From positions 297,899 through 361,898 of the forward strand of contig QPGO01000035.1 of NCBI GenBank assembly GCA_008632985.1: 64,000 bases of DNA, read 5' to 3'. The position numbers and the translations under genes were made by a program. Each line of letters opens with the position of its first letter. The first letter of the stretch is position 1. Under the pieces are notes generated by a model. That model saw nothing but the letters and a program-made list of their open reading frames with translations. It was not told the origin of the DNA and searched no databases. Below are positions 26,450 to 38,231 of this stretch, in pieces. The stretch comes from Psammoneis japonica. Lineage: Eukaryota.

Positions 26450-27087
26450 GCTGCCGAGAATGCAAGTGTCAAAAATCCCAACTGGTGCTTTGCGTCCTCG
26501 ATGCGTCCTCGAATCTCAGGCACACACCAAATTTCTTTTCAAGTCAGTATGATATGAACAAAGATAAATTGTCTGATGCATTTGTGAAGGGTAGTCTTAT
26601 CTGTATTGAACGTTTCAGACGGCATGCCTTTACCGCAGACGTCCATTGCTTCTGGTGTCACACTTCCAGTAAATACACGTAGAAAATGTACTGATGTCTA
26701 CGCACCCCAAATGGGGCTTCGGGTCGCTTTCGAGGATTTTTAGCGCGCACCGCCCTGGAGGAAATCACGTGAAGCCACCCGCTTCACAGCCGAACCCCAT
26801 AGAAATTTGCGCGTGTGTCAGTTGGTCTGGCTGGATAATATATTTTAATAATAAAAGATTAAATAACGCATATATACAATATTGAAATTCCAAAAAATTC
26901 CGCGCGTTTGCACTTGATCAACGCGATCTTTCTGGAGAAGAATCTTTCGCCAAAATAAAGCCAAAGCATATCTCATCCATCCATCCATACGGTACAGTAG
27001 GCCTAAGATCCACTTGTTGCAGCCAACGTCGCTCAGCACACTGGAATTGCATTGGACAGACGCGTTCTCGAACACTCATCCATCGCC

Positions 27088-29247
27088 ATGTCCCAGCCCA
27101 CAAAGAAGCGCCGTCCAAACGAAGATGGTGATGGCGAACAAGACAAGGACGCGCTGATTGAAGATCTTCGTGCCAAAGTTGCAGCCCTGGAAGCACAGGT
27201 GAATTACCAGTCCTCCAACAATTCGACGTACTACTGCTCTCCCTTTGCCACCGTGTCGGGTAGTCATTTTGAGATTCCCGAACATGGTACTTCGGCACGT
27301 CATATCGCCGAACGTCTCCAACAGTCGCGTCAACTCGACTTTTCCCCTCGGCTCAACACGTCTTCCTATGTCAATGTCGTGTCGGAACCCGAAGAACGCC
27401 ACGTTGCACTCTTGGGCGCCGAGGTTAACCTTGCGGATGGGAGCGTCTATCCGGCAAGTGTCAGGGTTCACGACAAGGTTGTGGATGCCATTGCCAAAAT
27501 GTGGAACGCGCCGCCACCTCCACAAGGCAGCGGGGGAAAGTACTGTGGGGCAGGAACCGTCGGGTCGACCGAAGCGTGCTTGTTGGCCGGGTTGGCTCTC
27601 AAGTTTCGTTGGAGAAAGTGGTATGCTAAAAAACATGGCATTCAGGAAGATTCGGAAGCCATGATGTCGGTTCGACCCAACCTTGTCATTTCGACATGCT
27701 ACCAAGCGGCGTGGGAGAAGTTCTTTCGCTACTTTGAAGTGACTGCCAAGTTTGCCAAGCCACAGCTCGTGGTACAAACCAACGGCGGCAGTAGCCGCAG
27801 TATGAGCGTGAATCCCAAGGATCTCGCAGACTTGTGTGACGAAAAGACCATTGGCGTCGTGGCGATTTTGGGCAATCACTACAATGGTGTGTACGACCCT
27901 GTCTGGGAAGTCGATGCCGAGTTGTCCCGTATCAACAAGGAACGTGGACTTCAAGTGGGTATTCATGTGGACGCGGCAAGCGGAGGATTCATTGCTCCCT
28001 TTCAGGAGGAGATGAAGGACAAGCCCTTTGACTTTCGTTTGAAAAACGTAATGTCAATGTCGACGTCCGGACACAAGGTACGTGCGTGCAATTGTGGTTC
28101 TAGTAGCGTTGTTCGTCTCTTTATTGCTAACCATTGTCTTTTGCATCAGTTTGGAGAGTCGATCTGCGGCACAGGCTGGATTGTCTTTCGTCAGCGAGAG
28201 GATCTTGCGGAGCACATTGCAGTTTCTGGTACGTTCCAAATGAATCGGTTAATTTTGCTTTACGTGTAATCGTTCTTTGGTCTGACTTTTCTTACTTCCG
28301 TTTGTCTTTTTTGCAGTAACTTACCTTGGAGGTCACAGCGACTCCATGACCTTGAATTTCTCTCGCCCTGCGTCTGGAGTCTATGTCCAGTTTTACAAGC
28401 TGGTGAGTAGTAGCCTACCTATCCTGATATGAATGTGGTCAAAGCATCGAACTAATTCTTTCCCGTTTCGTTTGCTACAATTGATATTATAGCTGCGTCT
28501 GGGCATGGCTGGGTATCGCCACAAGGTTGCCAATCAAATGAAGGTAGCCAAGTACATTCGGGACTATCTCAAGAATCAGACTTATGTCGATTTGGAGAAT
28601 CCTGATTCGGAACTCAACGGCAAACCCCGTTTTGAAATCTTGGACGGCGGTGACGATTGCTGCCTTCCAGTCGTGGCTGCACGTCTCAATCCTGAGCTGA
28701 AACTCAAGTACGATGACATTGATCTTCAGCATGCACTTTCTGAAAGGTATGTGTGAAATTGTGTGGTTTAGATGTTAGAAAAGGAATAACTGTGGTTTGG
28801 ATCTCACTTCGTTAGATGATATTTTTGGTTTTCCTCAGTCACTGGTATGTGAGTGGATACACCTTGTCATTCGAGAACTTTTGCAATCACGGTGAAGAGG
28901 AATGCCTCTTTACCGACACTACCGGCGATTCAAGCATGTTCCGCGTGGTGTGCAAGAGCAATCTCACCATGGCTCTTGCTGAGGATTTGACTGCGCAGTT
29001 TGACACGGTTATTCCCGCCCTCGATAGGCTTCAGGATGGATATCAGTCCATGCATACCGCGAAAGCCACAATTGAGGCTGGACAAGCTGCGATCCGCAAA
29101 TTGCAGAAAAATGTAAACGAGTTAGAGACTGCAAAGACAGTTGTCCTAGCTGCTCGAAAGTGGCTAAAGCAGTCCAAGAGTGCGAGAGAAAAGGTTGCTG
29201 GATACGACGGCAAGGGGCGTCGTGGTTCTTTTTTTACCACATGTTAG
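27088..29247 (+). CDS. GAD: Glutamate decarboxylase (PLP-dependent), about 5 exons
   Basis: PRLNTSSYV, GTVGSTEA, WEKFFRYF, DEKTIGVVAILG, IHVDAASGGF, SGHK (PLP lysine) and LNFSRP. GT-AG introns near 28078, 28230, 28403 and 28747. Confidence 0.92.
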
Positions 29248-29703
29248 AGTCTCACTTCGGAAACTGCCGGATAAGGGGGCAGGCGTCGTCATCGTTCCCA
29301 CTTGACAACTTGTTAGGCTCCACGTTAGAGGATTTTTTTTTAATCTGAATTCTACTAGATCCAAGTTAAGAATGAGCTCATGTCTCGATCTTTTGGTGCT
29401 TCTCGGCTAATTTTTTTCAGACGACAGGACAGGAGCTAGATTATCGAAACAGTAGGAACTACACAGCAGTTGGGAGGGCCTACCATTTTGCTTGTTGAAG
29501 TACGACACATTTACAAGTTGCTCGCTTCGAAGAATCGGGGAAGCCATAACGTATCGTACAGTAGGATTGTATGGCCCCACCACGGTGTGAGCAGGTTTAG
29601 GTCGTCGATGACAGCCTCTTGCAAGCAACTTCGCGCCTACAACCACGTCATCCAAAAACACGTCAACATCGGGGAAACAAATAACCGCAAAGTTGAAGAG
29701 TAT

Positions 29704-29798
29704 AACGTCACAATGACGGCATCGCACAGTGACGTTTCATAAATAACCTAAGAGCACAACGTCACAATGACGACATCCCTCAGTGACGTTTCAAATAT
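29704..29798. promoter_or_regulatory. Duplicated ~40-bp element (54-bp period); each copy carries ACGTCA...TGACG...TGACGT, candidate bZIP sites
   Basis: AACGTCACAATGACGGCATCGCACAGTGACGTTTCA at 29704 and AACGTCACAATGACGACATCCCTCAGTGACGTTTCA at 29758, about 210-300 bp upstream of the ATG at 30006. Confidence 0.5.
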
Positions 29799-30005
29799 AA
29801 CATATGTCGATGGATGTCTCTATTCCTAAGTAACTCAAGCTGCAAGTTGGCAGAACAACACGTCACCCTTGCATCATGATCCCATTTCAAACTCAAAATA
29901 CTCCCTCCAACACACACTTCTTTCATTTTTTGTCGACATCGGCTTCGAAACAAGTTTGTTTCATAGCACTGCAGTTTGTTTACGTGAAAAGAAAGTCTTT
30001 CCACC

Positions 30006-31178
30006 ATGCCAATCTCCATCAGGTCCATGTCTTCCAATTCACTGGTCTCCTCCGGGAGTACCGGTAGCGGCGGCGCAGATAAAACCTGCGAAGGATGCGG
30101 TGTCCGCACGCACAAGAGCAAGAAGTTCGGCGTAAAGCCCGTCACGAACGCCTTCGTTTACGAAGGAATCTGTATGAAGTGCAACCCTGAGAACGTCCCT
30201 GAGGATGTACGCGATGCACTCCAGTGTTATTACGTCAAGCAGGAGAACAAGGCTCAGGAAAGCGCTGCTAAAGCGGAAGCGAAGAAGCTAGCCAAGTCCT
30301 CGAGTTCAGTGAGCTCGGACGAGGATGCCGGAACCTGCGAAGGATGCGGTGTACGTACGCACAAGAGCACGAAGTTTGGCACAAAGCCTGTCACTAACGC
30401 CTTCGTCTACGATGGAACCTGCATGGCATGCCGCCCACAGGATGTCCCTCCGGAAGTCCGCGATGCACTCCAGGGCTATTACACCAAGCAAGAGAAGAAG
30501 GCCGAGAAGAGCGCTGCTAAAGCGGAAGCTAAGAAGCAAGCTAAGGCCCTTTCCAGGTCCTCGAGTTCAGTTGTCTCAGACAGTGACGACAAGACCTGTG
30601 AAGGATGTGGTGTCCTTACGCACAAGGCCAAGAAGTTCGGCACGAAGCCCGTTACTAACGCTATGGTCTACGAAGGAACCTGTATGAAGTGCCAACCAGA
30701 CAAGGTCCCCCAGGACGTACGTGAGGCACTCCAAGGATACTACGCCAAGCAAGAGGAAAAGGCCAATGCCAAGGCGAATAAGGTCTCTAGGTCTTCTTCT
30801 ACGAGCAACTTGACCAAGCCGGTTGAAGCTCCTCCCGCTAATGAGTCGCCGGTCAAGGGCGAAATCACGGCTGATCAAGGCAGTGTCAGTACTTGCACTG
30901 AAATGGAGACTTCTTTCGAAGACTCGGTTGCAGTCAAGGTCGAGGACCATAGCGTTGTCACTGAGAATACCGACGATACTTGTGAGCCTGCTGATCCCGT
31001 GGATGACGCCGCTGATCCCGTTGATGAGCCCGTCGTCACCGAGGGACGTCGTACTTCCAAGTACGTCGCTGGTGCTGCTGTTGTAGCGGCGGGTGCGGCT
31101 GCTGCTCTCATGTTTGTCTCGGATGGAACTTCGAGCAAGGGCTCATCGCTTCGTAGGACTCAGACACGCGCTGTGTAG
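30006..31178 (+). CDS. Hypothetical protein with three CxxC-x~23-CxxC repeats and a C-terminal hydrophobic anchor
   Basis: Three copies of TCEGCGVxTHKxKKFGxKPVTNAxVYxGxCMxCxP followed by a helical segment. Tail YVAGAAVVAAGAAAALMFV. Intact 390-aa ORF. Confidence 0.85.
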   Translation: MPISIRSMSSNSLVSSGSTGSGGADKTCEGCGVRTHKSKKFGVKPVTNAFVYEGICMKCNPENVPEDVRDALQCYYVKQENKAQESAAKAEAKKLAKSSSSVSSDEDAGTCEGCGVRTHKSTKFGTKPVTNAFVYDGTCMACRPQDVPPEVRDALQGYYTKQEKKAEKSAAKAEAKKQAKALSRSSSSVVSDSDDKTCEGCGVLTHKAKKFGTKPVTNAMVYEGTCMKCQPDKVPQDVREALQGYYAKQEEKANAKANKVSRSSSTSNLTKPVEAPPANESPVKGEITADQGSVSTCTEMETSFEDSVAVKVEDHSVVTENTDDTCEPADPVDDAADPVDEPVVTEGRRTSKYVAGAAVVAAGAAAALMFVSDGTSSKGSSLRRTQTRAV

Positions 31179-31598
31179 GCAGAGTTCAGAAAACCAATGT
31201 GTTGGCGCGTACAATGTGTACAAGTGTGAGCGCTCACAGTAGAGTATCGATATTACAACATACTTCATAGAACGAAATTATTTACTGTACGTACTTCTAG
31301 TCTGAAGTTTTTTTCTGATACCTACGGTACGGTACTCTCTGCCAGAGGGTCGACAAGGTACAGTAGGGCTAGAAACCAAGTGGAAGTATGGTTGGCTCTA
31401 CCGGTACCGTACGGTAACGGCCGACAAAAGCGCGCAGTGACCATCCGCGCGACCAACAGCGGCTATCTCTTTTTCACAGCTATTGTTGTTTTGTTGTTGC
31501 TGCTGCTGTGGCAACACTGTCCCACTTCACTTGTATTGGTTTATTGTTGCAAGTTTACGAGACGATTGTTGTTTGATTTGAAAACATTATTTAGAAAA

Positions 31599-32259
31599 AT
31601 GAGTAAGTTCTCGATCCGTAAAGACGTGGCATAGCAAATGCTGATGTTTGACGTGACGCTGATACCTCTTGTATTTGTGCACTGTTTTGTTTTGACGCAG
31701 GCAATGTCGGGGTCCCAATCCAGCTCTTGTTCGAAGCCGAGGGCATGAAAGTAACAGTGGAGGTGAGTCAGCCAGGTTCGTGCATGGAAGAACTTTTGAT
31801 GCGTGCGTGTTACGGTAAGATCATCTCATTTTCAATTTTGTTTTCAACTTTTGTTTCTTACAATCTCCAGATGAAAAACGGAGAAATCTACCGCGGGCTC
31901 TTATCAAGTGCCGAAGACACCATGAATATGACACTGTTGGAAGTTATTCGTACCGCTAGAAATGGACAAATTTCCAAAATGCCCAACGTGTATTTGCGTG
32001 GCAGTGGCATACGATTCATTGCCTTGCCGGATTTGCTAAAGAACGCTCCCGTCTTTCAAAAGGTAAAGAGCATGAAACGCAAAATGGAACAAGCCACGGC
32101 AGCAAGACAAGGTGAGCTTTTTCTTCATAATAACGGGGTGGTGGATGAGTTACCTGCAACAGTGTTAGCCTCTTTCTTGTTTGCAACTTCCTTAACATGC
32201 TTTAATCGCTTTCTTTGTACCGTACAGGTGGAGGAACCAAGCGAAAGCGTGGCGAATAA
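31599..32259 (+). CDS. SNRPD3: Small nuclear ribonucleoprotein Sm D3, 4 exons
   Basis: Spliced sequence M-SNVGVPIQLLFEAEGMKVTVE|MKNGEIYRG...EDTMN...VYLRGSGIRFIALPDLLKNAP. Introns 31603-31700, 31763-31870 and 32112-32227. Confidence 0.92.
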
Positions 32260-32633
32260 GATCCGTAGATATATGTCTTTCTTTCCTGGGACTACCTTAT
32301 TGACTCATGGGGTGGCTTGTTTATCGAAAGTTACGAGTCAAATCTTTTTGGGAATTTACACGAGTTGAGATGGAAAAATATGTGATAGACTGCAATTATG
32401 AATCTAAGTGCGGGCAACTATTCGGTTCATCAGTTGAAAGGCGTTTAGTGATTGACTGTAATTGCGTTATGATTTTGTTTTCTGACTTGGTGATGATTCC
32501 CAAAATGATTTTCTTTCAGATATACATAGACCACATCGGTTCGACAGTTTTCAACTTCCCAAATTTTCAGCGCCCACTGTCAAACAATGAAAGTCCATGA
32601 ATTTCAGCTCTTTCCCTTATCATCTCTCCTTTC

Positions 32634-32923
32634 TTACAACGGCTTTGCTGGTTGGTCCGGTAGGTAGATACCAAATCGCTTCTTGCAAGCTACTCGTTGA
32701 CGGCTGAATTTATCATCAGGTGAAAAACGTGCTGGATGGGCGCTTTCTGTTGTCTTTCCGTCTGGATTCTCCTTCTACTCCAGGACGATGAAATACAAGT
32801 GTATTGTCAGAGACATGAGTGAAACAGACAAGGACAGATCAGTACTCTAGCCGACAATTTCTCGCTCACCTTGAGTGTGTAAATCCGGTTGCCCTTGGCA
32901 TCAAGGTAGTACATTAAATGCAT
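32634..32923 (-). CDS. NOP10: H/ACA ribonucleoprotein subunit NOP10 (not in the ORF track); exons 32923-32870 and 32774-32634
   Basis: Manual translation gives [64 protein letters not shown], with a GT-AG intron. Confidence 0.95.
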
Positions 32924-33859
32924 CTTTCTTGACACAAAACTTCTTTAGAAGGCTTCACTGGTAATCACAAGACCTCCTTGGATGACTCGACAACTGCGAC
33001 GCAAGTGGAAAGGCAATAACGCTGCGTTGATTAGTTCGTGGGGTCTTGTAGTTTCAACGCTCTCAACTGTGAGCAGCCGCAAGCGGTGTTGTCGAGCGAG
33101 CGACGCGACGCGACGGTGAGGGTCGAAAGAATCTGTCCGTCATGCGAACATTCGATGGGGCGCCATTTTGATCCCAGCATGTCCAAACGAAATCAATGTC
33201 AAAGTCAGACTATGAAGTTGACCAGCTCCGAAGAAAAGGTGAGGGTTTTCAGTGGGACAATTCTGAGTGGTTTGAAACATGAGGCCAAGCTGTGCCAGGC
33301 CCTTTCAAGACGTGCTCTCGGACAGGCTCTGGGTGGGGCCAGAGGAGCTTGCATGCAGAATTCCATGTGCTCAACATTGCATGCAGCCCCAGCACCCAGG
33401 GCTGGTGGGACATGTCTCCAAACAAGGCATGAGCCTGATTCATGCCACTTTTGGGCCCACTGGTGCTTGGTGCTGGGGGGTCATTGCCGCTGGTGCTTGG
33501 CTTGGTGTGTGCGAAGCGGCGGGACCCAGTGCAGTTGCCAGCCAAAACTTGCAGTGTTCACATGTCACTGCGAATCAGGGCATGTGTTCAACACCACAGC
33601 ACTGCTCTTTGATGGCCAAGAAGGCACCACACTTCTTGTCAGCTTTTGCGACCTCTTCACGCACCTCAAAATGGGGTCGGCAAAACAGCCCCCCATCAAC
33701 ACCTCATGGCACAAAAGAGAAAAAAGACCCAAGATTGTGCTGGAGTCAGATTCTTGAAGGTGGGGGATGGGGCTCAAAATGTTGCAGGAGCATTGATCTC
33801 ATCAATGAGTGCAGCCAACCTCCAGGACTTGATCTGAGCTGCCGTGTCAATGTTGCGAG

Positions 33860-34226
33860 TGCACTGTGCTCGAAGAACGAGTGCAAACGAAAGTAGAACA
33901 GTGTGCGAAAAGTGGAAATTATAAGATTAAATTTTGCTCTGTGATTTTTGGTTTCTCCGAACGAGTTCTCAATGGCCTAAAGCTTCTGTACTGCTTCTAC
34001 AGACAAAAGGCCTTTCGGAGAATGTGTTCGTGACAACAGATTGTCCGGATGCGATTGCTGTTGACACGCAAGATGTCAACATCGTCAATCGATCGTATTT
34101 GCAATTCTCGACATCCGATCAACTCTGTGTGATCGTTCTGTCCTTTGTACGCATCCACGACTGTGGTGCGATTGACACACAAATAATGTGCAATCACAAA
34201 CATGCACGTGACAGTCGCGTGCTGCA
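33860..34226 (-). repeat. 3' LTR of the Gypsy (the more TpA-mutated copy)
   Basis: Colinear without indels with 38232-38598 and adjacent to the PPT. Confidence 0.93.
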
Positions 34227-37200
34227 TTCGCCTCCCTAATTGCACATTAGAGTCATTTGTAAGTGGATCATTCGACGGACATCGACAGTGTCAACAATGT
34301 CTCCACTTTCACTGCATTGTGCCATTGGCAACAACTGTTGTTGTTTTGTATGGGCAACATGGGGCCGTTCCAATTTCCGAATGTCTTTTGAGAGTGACAT
34401 TGTTTGTTTCTCACTTAACATGCACACAAGCAGTGTTGCGTCGAGTGTTCTCATTGACGTTCTTGTTGATGTGAACACAAGGACTAATTGTCCTGGAGCA
34501 AGTGTTTTTCCTGATGTCGATTGCACATGGCATCGTGCCCAGCACTTAATGTGCGCTCTTAATCACGGCGTTCACTTGCTTGCTTCTTGTGGATTTCATG
34601 TAGTTTGGCGGGCTTGCTTTACATGCCATGTTGCTCTGCTGCACTGCCACGTTTCACAAGCAACAACAAACGATGGTCAAAGACATTATGACCATTTCGT
34701 CTTGATGATCAATCCTGTGATGGTTGTGAATTCCATCATGGATTTTTTTTTTTGCACTTCAACCATCTATCAGTTGGATTTTAATCGTCATTTGGACGTT
34801 TCTTTCTGACATGCCGGTGTCATTTTGTCATTCCGAAGGCACTGGTTTTGTGCACCAAGTGGGTGAATGTCCATTTTTCTTTTCTTTTTCTAGATCTTTG
34901 GCACATCTCGTGTGTCGACATGATGCACATTTTAATGTCTTGCCTCGTACATTGTACAATGCAACCGTGCGGGTGTTGTGAGATTGTCTTTTGCCAGTGT
35001 GAAGTGGATGCGTATAATGTGCACCAATCTGTCACTGTTTTTTCCTAAATCGTCCTTTAAAAAGGCGATTTTATCCTTGTGACATGAGCATTTTTCGATC
35101 TCGCTCGCCTCCACGAAAAGTGTTCGTATGATGTGTCGCGTCCGACAATTTGGAGGGAATGTCTTTATCCCGTTTTAACGGCAGGACATTGTCGTAGGAT
35201 TCAATTTTCTATGGTGAGTCGGCTGATCGTGTCTGTCGCGACGATGTTCGCCTTGCCCTCGTTGCACTCTAATTCGGGACTGAAGTTGTCAACGTATGAC
35301 TTTGTCCGTTGTGTCTTATGATCCGTGTGTGTATAAATCTGTTGGCCAAACAGTGTGTTTTGGAATTTTACAAGTGTTTTCACTGTGGACAGAAGTTCTT
35401 TTTTCCGTTGTAACGCACAACATTGAAATCCGTGCATGACAACAACATGGTTTTTGATTTGACACACTCCACATTTTCGGAGACTTTTCATTCCGTACTT
35501 GCACTTTTGCCGTTTGACCTTTATTGAGGTGAATTTGGCTGGCATTGCACAGGAGATCGTTGAGACTACATGTCTCGACAACAGTGACGTATGACAACGA
35601 GATGTCGCAGTGTTCTTTGCGTTTTTCTCGTGTTGCGATTGCTTGAATCGCCTCCATTTTCTTTGTAATCGATTGCACATCGTTACGCATGGAAGTCTTG
35701 ATAGTTTATTTCAAGTTAAATGGTGAAGGACTTTTGTTGTTAACCTTCTAAGCGACTGTTCTAGTCGTTTGAATGCCGCACTAAGCTGTCACTTGCACAG
35801 GTGACATTTTGAAGTTACTTTTGTCAGGCACAAACGATCACATGTGGTCGTTCTGACAACTTCAAACCTGTTGTGAGTTCACTCAAGTGTTGCACAAAAA
35901 TGTCTGGGGCTCCACAGATTCTCATTGGAAGTCCACAGTGCTCATTTTCTCCCCACGGCATGATTTTCGTGTGAGCACGACGTGTGCTTTTTTCATTTGA
36001 CATGGTGGCATTCCATGTTTGAATCAAATAGATTACACACATGAAACGTTCTTGCTTCAATGGTATTTCCTGAATGTTGGGTAAAGGATGCACCACCTGT
36101 ACGAACCTTGTGCTGAGCTTCTGAGTGTCGGACACGGTCGAACTCGACCTGTTTTCTTTAGACAATGAGTCTCAGAGCGACTCATTCAGAGCAATTTCAT
36201 TCTTAAGACTTCAATCTTTCATAATAGGTCAAACTCCTTTTGATTGGACGCCTCCAAAGACTGTGATAGGAGAAGGTTCTCACGCGTCGTGGAATCGCGT
36301 CAGATTTTCCACGATGAGATCCACTGATGCTTCCCATGCATTCGTCTGAGGAACTTTTCAAAACGATTTCAACCTCTTGAGAAGAAGATTGAGTTGGTTG
36401 TGTTCATTTGGGTTAGATGCATCGCCGTAGTTGTCACTTGATTAAGATCGATGGCGTGATAATGTGAGTCGAGGACCATTGGTTCCATTATTAACTCTAT
36501 TCACGGCGTCATATTTTTCAATGTGATCGGTTTTCAGCTTGAAAACATCGGCATCGAAGAGTGTATGAACATTCTTCATAAGGTAATTGCTTCTTCCCAT
36601 TAGATTTCTTCATTTGCGTAGTCCAATATGACTTGCAGGACTGGACATTAAGTCGCGTCCCATGATCATATCATTCGAACCTGAAGAAAATTTGGTGTTT
36701 TCAACATATACTGTTTGAATATCAGTATGCCTTAAATTTTCGCATAGTGAGAACTGAATTCGGTGTTTACTATCAGTCGTAAAGAGCTCACCCTTGGTTT
36801 CCCAAGTTTTTGGTGGCGGATTCTTGTGTTCTCAACTTTCGCACGAATTTGCGCAAAATTATGGTTGACGATGTTCCGTTATCGATAGGAACACGTAGAT
36901 GCTTTTTTTTTTTTTTTTTCTCTCCTTTCCCAAGGAAGTATTCATATAAATGATGACTCCTGGACTAGTATGAATTATTTCTGCCTTTTTTCTAGGCTTC
37001 CTAATATCCAGTAAAGCATATAATTCGTGAATAGACCAAAATTATTCTTCGGATTCAGTCTGGATCATCCGATCAAATTGGTATTTTTCTTCACTGAGGG
37101 TATCAGAATCTGATTCTTTGCCCTTATGCTCTTTTTCTTTGTTCAAGGAACTCGCTTTGAGTATTTTTTGAACCGCCTGATCAATCATGACGTTCATCTC

Positions 37201-38231
37201 TTTTTTTGCGAGCGGCATTTTCGTTATCGCGACGCGACCGCGTGCGATTGCCATTTGAACGGCGCATTTTTGGGTCTCTTTCAGAGTCACCCTTGCACTC
37301 TTTTGCTAGTTCATTTTTAGAATAGCTTCAATCCGTGATGTAGGTATTCTTTTTTCAAAGATAAGACCTTGCATTCACTTTGGATTGTTCTGGTACCATG
37401 TGGGAGACCATTTTTGGAACCAAATTTGGAACCTTTTTTATTTTGGAACCAACTGCGCTATCAGAGCCTGAGTTGATATGTATTTTCGTCACGGACGTCA
37501 TGAACGACCTTTAGATGACTCAAAACTTAATCAGCTCATCAAGGATGAGTTGCAATAGTTGATTGTTTTGGACAGTAGACTGATGCTGCCATCCTTGCGG
37601 TGCGAGTGATAGCCAACAGCTCACGGCTCGGTTTCCCGCTAGATTCAACATAGAATCGATTGAAGGGTCGTATGGACGCTCTTCATTGACCTCTTGGGTC
37701 GAATAGGCACTCTCTTGCTGCTGAGAGCCTTGGGTTTCTTCAGATCATCTCGAAAATAATAATTCTGATTCTGAAGTGCAATTCTTGGAGGACATGAGAT
37801 AAGAGACTCTTAAGGTACTTTCCAACGGTTCCATCTTGCTCTTGGACTCGAGGCTCGTCGATTCGGTCTCTAAAAACTCTCCAATAGTCTCTCCTTGCAT
37901 GCCAGACGTATTTCTCGGACCTGATCGACTCAAGACTTGAAATTCTACCCAACCATGACTTGGTGTGGATATTTCGACAATGCTGTGCTCTTGTAGAGTC
38001 CTTGGTCCTGAGACACTTGGAATGGATCGTATTAGAACGAATCTTGTCATTTGCTAGACGAAAAACAGCGTTCCATCTTGAGGTACTGCTCGGATTGAGC
38101 TTCTTCCGCTCGGAAATCGATTCCAGCAGAACTGATGCGATTCGTTCCTGTTTATAGAAGAATTTACAAAGGCACATTAGTTAAAATTTTCATTTTCCGT
38201 GCTTTTTACCTTCTGAGGTGTGTATACACAA

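Larger units (their letters stand above)
23224..26838. mobile_element. IS630/Tc1-mariner-like DNA transposon, 3615 bp, with 21-bp perfect TIRs, TA target duplication and two convergent genes
   Basis: TTATCCAGCCAGACCAACTGA at 23224-23244 and its reverse complement at 26818-26838. TA flanks both ends (23222-23223 and 26839-26840). A DDE transposase lies inside. Confidence 0.9.

Noticed and set aside
27076..27966. 296-aa minus-strand ORF
   Set aside because: Antisense shadow of the GAD first exon.
36903..36919. Poly-T run as a possible retroposon tail
   Set aside because: It lies inside the Gypsy internal region with no flanking duplication; more likely homopolymer slippage or an assembly artefact.
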